From positions 27,902,001 through 27,950,925 of the forward strand of contig CM075988.1 in the NCBI GenBank assembly GCA_038087875.1: a stretch of DNA of 48,925 nt. The letters are read 5' to 3'. The notes under the pieces are model-generated. The model did no database searches and was not told the DNA's origin. It was given only the letters and a program-made list of their open reading frames with translations. This document shows, piece after piece, positions 12,264 to 23,388 of the stretch. The stretch comes from Malacoraja senta. Lineage: Eukaryota. How positions within the stretch are numbered: the first letter of the stretch is position 1; each line of letters opens with the position of its first letter. The position numbers and the translations under genes are program-made.

Positions 12264-13044
12264 GTAAGTATAACTCTACAGCAAAGCTGAACTGTGCTGT
12301 GCGCATTCTGATAAAATTGAATCAGCCCAGTTTTTCTCAAAGAGATGCAGATAACTTCAAAAGTAGGAAATCACTGCTGTTGATTATTTTCTATTAGTTA
12401 TTGTGTGGTATATTAATACCTTTTAACTGGTTGGCAAAATTAAAATGCACTGTTAAAGACAAAATATAGTTTTGTTATAGGTTCTGAACACAGACAGGTT
12501 TTTAAGCTGTATGCATTGATACAGATTTATGAAAATATTTGTTTATAATACATTGTACAGTAAATGTTATGTACATATTTGCAAAATAAATCCTGATAAA
12601 ACTTAGCAGTTGTATAGCGATTGGATGAGGCACCATTTAGTCTTATTCTCTCTTATGTAAAACACAAAATGCTGTCCAATTGGGAACTCTGACCATGAAA
12701 TGGAACTGACCTGAATGCGACAATACTTGGAACTGATTTCCTGTTGCTGAGTTTTATATTTGTGGATATGCAGGTGCTCTGCTGCCATCCTGAGTTTACT
12801 GACTACAAATACAAGCTGCAGCAACAATTTCCCTTTCTTAAAATGGTTTGAGGACAGAATTTTCAAAATAACTAATGCACCATGCTTTGATTAATCCAGT
12901 GCAAGTGTAGCCTGTATTTATGTTTGTCAGTTTAATTTAGCAATAAGTTTGACAACTTTGTTTGGACTTATTTGCGGAGATATGATTTACTCGGCAAATG
13001 AACATGTGACAATTGTTCACAAATGTTATTCCTAACACAAGAAA

Positions 13045-13325
13045 ATATGAGCATGCTAGATTGCCAGGCCTTTCAAGCCTGCACTGCTCTTCCATATGAT
13101 CATTGTTGATCTATGCTGGTCTCCACTCCTCTCCTCAATTTTTCAAATATTAATCTGCATTCTCCTAAATATATCTTATGATCAGGTCTCCACCATCTTG
13201 GCGGTGAAGAATTTCAGAGATTCCCTCCCTTCTGAGAAAATAAATTTCTATTTGCCTCAGTTTTATATGACTACTAGACCATTATTTAGTAGCTGTGCCT
13301 TCTTGTTCATCACTTTCCTATGAAT
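13045..13325 (-). mobile_element. Old CR1 3' end
   Basis: GGCCTTTCAAGCCTGCAC...ATATGATCATTGTTGATCT...GAATTTCAGAGATTC resembles the CR1 tail at 40960-41375. Confidence 0.5.
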
Positions 13326-14319
13326 CAAAACTAAAGGGTTGGCCTCCAATTTCTAATGAAACCATAATATTGTCAATGGCAATTCAATGATAGGAAAACT
13401 CCCAAGTTCTTCATTGATTGCTCCTATTGGCCAAAATTGGGTTCTTTTGGGCTTATTGTTTATTCATTGTATTTTCAATCACCATCCTATTGAAATGTTC
13501 ACGTTGCACATTATAATTACTTCATCATTTTATATTTCTGAAAGAATCAATGCAGATAATGGAGATGCTGTAACTGATTAATACTTTCATAATGAAATAT
13601 TTGTCAGATATTTTCAATGAATCACTACAGAACTTTAACATTATCTTAGAATTTTTTTTGCAAGTTAATGCAAAGAATTTTGAATTATGTTACGGGTGCA
13701 CAAATGAACTTTAGAATGAATAAAAACTTTCAACACCATGAAATAACCTGATTATAATGGAGCAATGATACTGAGCAATGTGCATCAAATTTGTATTGTA
13801 CTTTGATCTTTTGTTGTTCAGATTCTTTTACTAAAATGATTAAGTACTTTATCAAATATCTAACAGTGTAAGGAGATTTTCTTTGTTTCTGGTAAGCCAA
13901 CTTTCTCAGTACTGGTTAATTTTTAAGCAGAACTTCACAGGAATATAACTGCCTAATTTTACTTTGTATTTTGTAAGACATTGATGTAATAATTATAAAT
14001 TCAATAGACGGTGTTATGTTTCTGAGTCCTGAAGCATGGGAAACAAAGGTGTTGATATTAGTGATGTTGTTGAAAAGCTTTGAAGAAAGACATAGTTTAA
14101 AGTTAATAGTTACTGCGCAAGATTCCCAAAGCTCAGACAAATGGAGGCAAAATTAAAGCTGGTTATTCAAATGGGTCATATAAAACAGATATGCTCCCCA
14201 CCTATCTCTCACTGAAATCTACTCCCCTTTGTTAGTTATGGCCACTTATCCTTGCTGCAATTAGATACCTGCTCTAACCATCTCTTAGATCCCTCACTGC
14301 AATCTTGTACTCCCCAAGG

Positions 14320-14592
14320 TAAGCAAATCTAAAATGAGAGAGCATGGTTCAAGTTAAGAGGAGAAAGATTACACAGAATGTATGCATAAGGAATGAATGG
14401 CCAGGTGAAGTAGTCGAATGGCTACATTAACAACATTTAAAAGGCACCTGGACAGGTACGTGGATAGGAAAGGTTTGAAGTGATATGGGCTATTTGCAAG
14501 CAAGTTGGACTAGCTCAGTTGGGCACCTTGAGGGGCATGGACAAGTTGAGGTGCAGGGCCTGTTTCCATGATGTAGAGGTCATAGACTCTTC
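14320..14592 (+). mobile_element. CR1 LINE 3' end
   Basis: ACATTTAAAAGGCACCTGGACAGGTACGTGGATAGGAAAGGTTT...GGGCCTGTTTCCATG; homologous to 8100-8408 and 19945-20105. Confidence 0.75.
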
Positions 14593-17126
14593 TTACAACA
14601 AGTTTTTTTCTGATTGATAGGCTCATTGCTATGACTTCCAGGTGAGGAATGTAAGCAAAGATATAAGTAAAAAATCCTGGTATTAAATTTGACTAGATTT
14701 CGAAAATATTGGTTTAGATGGAATTCTCCTTGCACCACTGCAACCTCACACCCAAACCCACCCCCATCTGCTCCACATCACTAGTTATGTTTAAGACCAA
14801 TATAATTGGTGATTGCTATAAACATGTAATTGCTAGGCTGATCCAGCAGCTTGATTAACAGTTCTTTTAGATTGCATTGCCTTTTAAGATAAAAGATGTT
14901 TGCTTTGGTCATTCTAATAACATACTTGAGGTGGTGGAGCTGAACTTGGTAATGTTTCCCTTTCAAATAGTTCACATGGGTTTGCATCTCATTTGTTTTA
15001 ACCATTTGACATATTGATTTGTGACCAATGCAATTACGAACACTGAAGCCTCTATTCCCCATAAATATCTCTGATTTCCAAGTGATCATGTACTTGGTTT
15101 ATACTTGTTGGATGCTACTGTTTTAGTTGTCTGTGTCATAATTAGAAAAAAAAATCGATTAAGTGTAGAAACTACAAAGACAATGAAATAGGTTAGGTGT
15201 TGTTTATCGCAAGTATGATTGATCTTTATTGGATCACACCAAAACGAGATCATCAAACTATGAAATTGATTTGTTCATATGGCACTGCTGCATTTGCAAG
15301 AACAGTCATTTTAGTTTGCTCGAGTTCCAGTTGTCTTGTGGAAGTCTAACTGGTAGAGCAGTCAAATCATCTCAGAATCTGTACAAAAAGAGGTGGAGGG
15401 TTTCTTTCATTGACCTTAATTTTGGCTGTATTACTGCGATCATACATCATATCCTATTTTGCCCTGATTGCTTTCAAAGTAAATCTGTACTATATATAGG
15501 CTGATTTAATCGATAGAAGATATGAATTCTTTAAATGTACTTCTTTCACTTGTCTTTTAACTTCACTTAAAATGTCTTTTAAGTAGTGGATATTTGATCA
15601 ACCAGTATTCTGATACATACTACCTCAATGTACTACTTGTGCCTTTACACTAAAGACAAATACTCATGGCTTTGTATATCTATCACGTGCTCATTTGTTG
15701 CAGATTTGTACTTCAAGTAGAGACCAACTGTTGTGGACATATAAACAGCTGGGATTATTTCCTCTGATCGGATTTCAAACTGAACCGCACACCCCCACCC
15801 CCTTCTACTAAGTGCTGCATGTGTAGCGAGTTTTTTTTCCTCAATGAGCTCTTTGTTGTGTAAGATTGCTCTTGTGCAAAGTCCTGAATTTGCTAGTTGC
15901 CACCTGTGTTCCCTTCTTGCGCCATTATTTCAGTATCATTTAAGGTTCTTGAAAAACTTTAATAATCCACTTTTCGAATATTTGGAAAATACTGATGGTT
16001 TGGCACCTGACTTAACAGGGCCTGAAAATTTGATCCCTTGAAACTCAGTGGGTCCAGTTTGTGGCATTCCCTGGTTTCTCCTGCTCCCTTTAAACTGACA
16101 ATATCCTATTTTCCATGTGCTCTTTGAACTCACTGTTTAAATTCACTGGGTTTGTTGGAAAACTAGTCTGTAATGTCTAAAAAGAAAGTGCATTAAAGGA
16201 AAGGTGTGTTGGAGTATTAATTTAATAGAAAATCTGCCAGACTGGCATCATCAAAGTCCTGAATGTGTGATATTCATGGTATGTTGTATTTTCTTTCCAT
16301 TCACTTCTTTCATAATAAATATTGGCTAATTGCCCAATAATACTGGTGAAGTATAAGACAATAGACTTTTCCATACATGCAACATGTAGAAACTCTCAGA
16401 ATCATGATTGTATGTCACAGACATAAATGTATTACTCAATTTAAAAAAAGGAGTGTATATGATCCACATGAAATATAATTTAATAATTTGCCTTTTTCAA
16501 TTGTAAAGCATACTCATGATATTGCTGATTGTTTCTGACCATTTCAATGATTTTAAGCTCTGCCCCTGGCTGCAGCCCTAACAACTGGTTAGTACCATCT
16601 CTGCCACAATGGATTTAGAACATGTAGGCTTGCCTTTCCTCGGCCACTTAACTCCAGTGTATATTATCTAACCCTGAAAAAAAAGTAGTGTCAGTGAGTA
16701 TTTTGCAGCTTTCCTACAACCATCAGTTTTATGAACCTACCTGCACAACCTTAATTCTACGTCAGTAACGGAACACTACTGACCACCTCTTGCGCTACCA
16801 TAGACTTGTTTTCTAATTGTGCTTTGCAATTGAGCAAAAAGACAATCGGTTGCCTTTTGGGAATCAAAATGGAAAAGGAGATTTGGGATGACACGAAGAA
16901 CCAGGAATCTCGTATTGGGAGCATACAAAAACTCAGCATAAACAGCAAAAGGAGCACGCCAACCCATAAACTACCAATTATCCATCTTCTGAAGTATCTC
17001 CCGGCCCATCTGTAATTCCTATATTGGCCCACAGTCAACTCGAAACCCACACAACCTGAGTGGAATTAAATCATGTCAATCCTTTGGGGATCAAAGGAAA
17101 TTTCTGTCGGAACTGGTCATCTCTCC

Positions 17127-17237
17127 TCACATAAAACACAAAGTGCTGGAGTAACTCAGTGGGTCAGGTAGATCTGAGTTGGATTTGGGAAGGCGAAGTT
17201 TCAGGTCGGGACATTTCTGCAGACTGATGAGGGAGCA
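17127..17237 (-). mobile_element. Penelope-like terminal fragment
   Basis: ACACAAAGTGCTGGAGTAACTCAG...CAGACTGA; perfect flanking repeat GGTCATCTCTCC (17115-17126, 17238-17249). Confidence 0.7.
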
Positions 17238-18659
17238 GGTCATCTCTCCAACTTTCCATTAGCCTCCTGAGCAGCATTCAAACAGGTGAGGGGCCCTTTG
17301 CTTTTCCTAATTGCATTACCCTGCAATTGTTTTTCCTTGATCTGATTGTTTCCTTACTTAATTATTTGCACCTGCTTCTTGAGCAATGCAGCATTAACCA
17401 GGTATTCGCATGATTGCCCTGTCCCTCACTCGATGATGTGTACTGCTAATCAACATTTAATATTGGCTAGATATTGAAGTAATTTACATGAGCAATAATC
17501 ATAAATTTTGTTTTCTCTTGGTACTGCAGTCAAATATTGGTAGTTACGCTGAGTGTATGGTAGCATGATGGTTGTGTAACTGGTCTAAGGTCTAGACTCC
17601 TGGACGTTTGATCTGAAGGCACGTTTGAATACTAAAACATTTAAGGTTTACTTTAATAATTGAATAAATATGAAATAAAAAAACAATTGACACTGTTGAG
17701 CATAAAAGTATCAGATTGTTGTAGAACTGGTTCTCTAATGACTTTCATGAGTGGAAATCTTGTTTTTACGTCTTGGTTTAGGTTTACTATTATGACGAGT
17801 ACCGAGTAACAGTGAAAAACGTTGTTCCGTGTGCTATCCAATCAAATCATATGATACACATAATTAGGAGCCAGAGATCAGCCATGATTGTATGGCAGAA
17901 TAGACTTGATGGGCCAAATGGTCTAATTCTACTGTAATAACTTGTGAACTTGTAAATACATTTAAATTGAACTTAAGTAGAGCAAAGGGAAAGATAGAAA
18001 GTGCAGAATATAGTTCTCAGCATTGTTGCTCACTGTAAGTAACAACGATGGAGTTGAAAGGAAAAAAACTAATTGTGCAAAATAGTTTTCAATCTCGGTC
18101 GACAAGTACCCATGAGCCATGATACTGATTTTGTTCTACTGTGACTGAAGATGCATTCCAGGAGTAATCAAAACCAGTTAACATACATACCCTCTTTCAT
18201 AATTCCAATCCAATGAAACAGAAGTCATAGTGGAATGAAAGGAATGTAATTGTCGCTGTCATAACACCACCCTGGATGATTATTGTCCTAATAAGATGCA
18301 AGAGGTTTCATTTCAAGTTGTATTTAAATGTATTAAATATTATAATACTTGAATATGCTGACCGAAACAAATATATTATGGAAGATATTTATGAGTTAAT
18401 TTGTGAAATTCTTATTATGTTAGACTTGCTTCTGACATTTTGCAAACAAATAGCATTTCAGGACTGTTGTATGTTATGAAATAATCTGAGGAAAAAAAGG
18501 TACAGAATTTAAGGCGGGCAAGGATTGTGCTCCAGGATAGATCAAGTCACTGTGATCCTTTATGTAGTTCCACGTAGGAGACCAACACACCTTTGACATA
18601 ATTAAAGGACTGTTATTGGCTGTGATAACCCACTTAACTGAATCAACGGTCAAATCCCT

Positions 18660-18800
18660 CTTCAGGGAGTTCATTACATAATCTCAGCAACCTCTGCAGT
18701 GCAGTACTGAGAAAGCCTTTCAGTTACAGCCACAAACTCAGCCCTATATACTCTTTCAAGTGGACATAAACTGAAGAATTTCTTAATTCAAGCAGATTTT
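18660..18800 (+). mobile_element. Possible decayed DeuSINE (SacSINE1/AmnSINE1-like) core
   Basis: CAGTGCAGTACTGAG...CTCTTTCAAGTGGACATAAA resembles the Deu domain (GCAGTACTGAGGGAG...CTCTCAGGTGGACGTAAA). Confidence 0.4.
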
Positions 18801-19664
18801 GTTATACGTGACTTCAGCAATAATTTGTATCTGACAACTATGGGATTCATAAAAATACCAACAGCCAAACATCAAACAAAACAGACAGGGCAGAAATATT
18901 AAAGTGTCTTGCTAATTCTCTAAAATGTTTTTTTTTCAACAAGATTTTTTAAATAATAAAAAACAGTTGCATTAATTTTAACAAAGAATAATGCTATTAA
19001 ATCATAAAGAATAATGAAGGACAGGAGAATAATTAGCCCCAAGGACTAGGGAGAGAGGTCACAACAAAATGATGGGGAGATTAATAACACAAGCACTCTT
19101 GGGGTGATGCCACTCCTTTCCTTCTGGGCTGTTAAAATTAGCATGCAGATTGCTTCAAGCCATCTGTATTTTCAATGCTAATGTAATATTCATTATAAAT
19201 TTGCTGATAGAAATACCAATTATTTGTCAAAAAATATTACTGCACAGCTATATCATACTGAAGAAATAACGTTTAGGTTCTAAATATGTAAACATTGCAG
19301 TTACAAAGGCACGGAAATTAATATAATTTTCTTATTAGAATCATCATTGTGCTCCATATACATGGCAGAGAGTGGTTTCTGTCCCTCAGCTTATATAAAA
19401 CAATTTAAAGTTGCTTGGGGTTAAATTGGAGCTGAAGTAATTTACCTGTGCTGAGGACATGACCAGATGGACCCAGATATACACAATAAAAACATGGGAT
19501 GCATTCATTTGTGCAAACATGAAATTGGAGGAAATAGCTGAGAAATGCAGAGTGGGACCAAATTGAGATTAGAGTAATAGGCACAGTTTTTTTCAGCTCT
19601 GTACAAAATAATTTAAGTGTTTTCTGGCAGATTGTTCTTATAAACGGGTATAGATGAGGATCTG

Positions 19665-20105
19665 CTCTGGCAACTAACTTTAAGAAGAATCCAAAGAGAC
19701 TCTATAAGTATATTAACAGAAAAAGAGTAACTAGAAAGAGAATAGGCTCGCTCAGAAACCTATGTGTGGGGCTGCAGGAGATGGGCAGAATCTTTAACAA
19801 ATATTTCTCCTCTGTTTTTACTGCGGAGAAAGACATGAAGACGAGGGAACTTGGGAAAGTTAATGGAGATATCTTGAGCCCGGACCAGAATTATAGCTGA
19901 GGAGGTGCTGGATGTCCTAAGAAGTATGAAGGTAGATCACATGGGACGATAACAACATTTAAAAGGCATTTGGACAGGTACATTGGAGAGGAAAAGTTTA
20001 GAGGGATATAGGCCAAATGCAGGCAAACGGGACTAGCTTAGATGGGTCATCTTAGTCGGCATGGACAAGGTGGGCCTAAGGGCCTGTTTCCGTGCTGTAT
20101 GAATG
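19665..20105 (+). mobile_element. CR1 LINE remnant with large internal deletion
   Basis: KKNPKRLYKYINRKR...LNKYFSSVFT-type coding is joined at about 19940 directly to the CR1 3' tail. Confidence 0.75.
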
Positions 20106-20219
20106 CGTTCTTGTTAGCAAATTGGTACTTAAGATATAATTAGCTTTTAATAAGCTGTAATGTTATTCTAGTTTTGCTGTAACAGTAAACAAGAGAAAAT
20201 CACCAAAAATTTGCTCGAT

Positions 20220-20790
20220 GAGAGAGGTTTGGAAGTATTTCTTAAAAGGGGAAAATGTGTCAGAGAGATGGATTGATTTTAGGAGGGAATTCTAGATAGG
20301 TGAATTTGATCTTGATAGCTAAAGTTGGAGCTGACTATTGCAGTAATTTGACGGAGAGTAAACCAGCAAGGAAGCCTGCTTGAATGAGATTTACAGGAGG
20401 CCATGAGCTGACTCAAGGCACTTGCATATGATTTCACTGAAGTGAAAACAGGAGGTTTAATTGATGACGTGAATACGGGGTCAAGCATGCCATTTGACTC
20501 TGGTTCAACTTCAAACAGCTGTCAGGAAGAAGGATGGAGTTAGTAGCTAGCGAAAGGAGTTTGTGGCTTGGTCTTCCTAATATTTGATGCCGGAATACTT
20601 GTGATGGAATCTTGGAATCTGCTTGTCCACACAGACATTGTGGGAAGTTATGGACATTGCAGGGGTCAAGAGAGGTTGTGGTGAGCTGCAACTGGGATGT
20701 TACTGCAGCATATGTGGAAACTAATGGGTTGTTTTCAGAGGATGTTGCTAAAGCGCTGCACAGATCAGAAATATGAAGACCCCAGGGAGA
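20220..20790 (-). mobile_element. Highly decayed L2-like LINE
   Basis: Minus strand near 20690-20730 reads ISFHIC (decayed ISFHMYADDTQLY); L2-like 3' region near 20220-20300. Confidence 0.4.
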
Positions 20791-20890
20791 AAGCTGCTGG
20801 TGTAGGAAACCAAGGTATTAATTATGATTCACTGGTTCCACTAAATCGTTTGGAATGGAAACAGGAGAATCAGGCAGTATCCATGGGGAA

Positions 20891-21096
20891 CGTATAGAAA
20901 GGAACTGCAGATGCTGGTTTAACCCAAAGATAGACACAAAAAGCTGGAGTAACTCAGCGGGACAGGCAGCATCTCTGGAGAGGAATGGGTGACGTTTCGG
21001 GTCGAGACGCTGAAGAAGGGCCTCGACCCGAAACGTCACCCATTCCTTCTCTCCAGAGATGCTGCCTGTCCCGCTGAGTTACTCCAGCTTTTTGTG
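20891..21096. mobile_element. Fold-back Penelope-like terminal fragment with intact hammerhead core
   Basis: Inverted arms about 20935-21095; + strand CTGAAGA-A-GGGCCTCGACCC-GAAAC-GTC at 21010-21037; flanking duplication AGTATCCATGGGGAA / AGTATCCAAGGGGAA. Confidence 0.85.
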
Positions 21097-23036
21097 AGTA
21101 TCCAAGGGGAAACAGTCAAATTTCAGAACAAGGTCCATTCAAATCAACCAAAAAGAGAGAATGTGTCTTAAGTTACTGAGAAGAGGAGAAGTGGAGAGAA
21201 TAGAGGGGAATGTCTTTCACAGGGTGCGTAACAAGTGTTAATTGCCTATAAATCAGTTGTAGAAATGGAAGAGAATAAAAAGAAAGACATTGAAATGGAA
21301 ATGTATAGCTTTATCTGTGGGAGGAGGGGGTGTGGAGAGGAAGGGAGCCGAAGTAAAATTGTTAACTTTAGTATTATGTTCCAAGAGTAACTTGCCTAAA
21401 TAGGAAATTAGATGCTATTCTTCAAGCTAACTTTGGGCATGTTGGTGCAATTTTGAAGGGCAAATCAGAGGTCAATGCGAGTGGGATGTTGCATTAAAGT
21501 GACAGAAACTTGAAAGGCTCTCTTGAAGACTGGAGGCATTCTGCAAAGCAATCTTCCAACTTGCATTTGGTTTTTTGCTGCTTGACCAAGTTCATTGGTT
21601 AATTTATTTTTTCCTCAAGTTTCCAGTATCTGCAGTCTTTTGTGTCTACAATTCAAAAGTAGTTTCCTCCCAATTATTTTTCGATACAACACAGCAACAA
21701 AAGGCTGAATGGCAGATAATATCACTACTGCAGTCAATATTTACAGCAAATGAAGTAACATTATATAGTTTATAGTAATTGTGGTAAATAGATCTTATTT
21801 CAAAATGTTTGCAATCATGTTGCCTGTTCAGTCGTGTGTGCATATTTGACATTTGTCAAATTTCCTTACACCCTGAATGTGGGCAGATTATTTTGGAGTC
21901 AGAAAATGTCAGTGATGAGTAACATACTGTACTTCCAATGGAAACAAAAAGAACAGTTTGTGCTGTCAAGTGAGTGGGAATGAATTGGTCCTGGGTAGCA
22001 GTTTAAGGCATCCCCGTGTATTCGCATGTGACTGGCTTGAATGTTTCATGGAAATTAATTAGATCAACATCTGCAGAGCGGTAAGCCAGCCAGCAATCAT
22101 TTTCCCCAGGATGGATTAGAAACAGCATCTCTGCTACCGTCCAGTGTGCTTAGTGTAATAGAATTCAAGAACAATGTATTAACTGTTCATCTGCAAAAGT
22201 TTAGGGTAACTAGAACAAGGAGTACTTTCTTGTGACATTGGAAGCAATTCTGTTCCAACACTAAACTTGAAGGTGTTGTTGCCCAAACTAACTCTAAGCA
22301 TTTTTTTTGCCAGATACTTTTAATTTGTTTCCGGTTCTCAAATCATCTTTTAATTTGTACAATTTCTCTCAATTCAACTAAACAAGATCTTGAACACTGC
22401 CATCAAATCTTCTCTCAGTCTTCTCTTTTCCAAGGAGAGCAACCCCAAATTCTGTGGTCTACTCTCATCCATGGAACAATTCTAGTAAATATTATCCACA
22501 GGTTGTCTGGGGTCTTACATTCTTCTCAATGCAGTGACCAGTGTTGGTTAATGCTCCAGATAAGGCTTATTTATTTTTGTTTTTGAAGCTCCGGATCCCA
22601 TATGCTTTACCAACCATTATCTCAATGTCACCTGTGCATTTCCCTCCACAGATGCTGCCTGACCTGCCATGTTCCTCCAGCAAACTGTTTTGATGCAGTG
22701 TTGTCTGCTTGCTTGCTCAATACTCGAGAAGCTTGATGCCATTCAGGGAAATGTGGCCTGCATAATCAGCACCTCCTCCTTCATTCTATTTATTCTTTCC
22801 ATTGTGTGCTATCTACAAAATGTACACAGTTACCCACCAAATCTACTTCCATAGCAGTTATGAAATCACATGACCTCTACCACTATGAAGGACAAGGGCA
22901 CATTCAAACAACATGACTGGCGGGTTACTGGCAATTTGCCTACCACCATGACTTGGAAATATGTTCTGGAATTCCTTGTGAGAGTAAGTTCACTAGAAAG
23001 ACTTCATTAATTTAAGAAGACAGCCTACCACTGCCA

Positions 23037-23168
23037 TGTGTAGGAAAGAACTGCAGATGCTTGTTTAAATTGAAGATAGACACAAAATGCTGGAGTAACT
23101 CAGCGGGACAGGCAGCATCTCCGGAGAGAAGGAATGGGTGATGTTATGGGCCGTGACCCTTCTTCAGA
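23037..23168 (-). mobile_element. Penelope-like terminal fragment
   Basis: Same family sequence; flanked by CTACCACTGCCA (23025-23036) / CTACTACTGCCA (23169-23180). Confidence 0.75.
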
Positions 23169-23247
23169 CTACTACTGCCAACTCAGGTCAGTTGAGGATG
23201 CACAATAAAACTTGGCTTTTCAGTTATGCAAGGATTCCATTTTGTGA

Positions 23248-23388
23248 ATCCCAAAATCCTGGGGCGCCGCGTGTCACTGCCTACGCCACCACGTCTCACC
23301 ACGAGCCGTGCGCACGTAATGCAAGCAATGCGCCCATCACACGTAAATGATGTCACGTAAATAACGCCCAAGTTGAACAGGCCCTTAA
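23248..23388. mobile_element. Harbinger-type MITE end fragment
   Basis: CpG-rich patch ending CGCCCAAGTTGAACAGGCCCTTA, a decayed copy of the TIR CGCCCAAGTGGGACAGGCCC. Confidence 0.55.

Noticed and set aside
16806..17015. Peptide MEKEIWDD...IQKLSINSK...IIHLL faintly like an L1/Tx1 ORF2 C-terminus
   Set aside because: Similarity too weak to call without an HMM search.
23170..23195. ACTGCCAACTCA as the start of the GRAMD1B TASNSN exon
   Set aside because: Reads TANSGQ, lacks a splice acceptor and overlaps a TSD.
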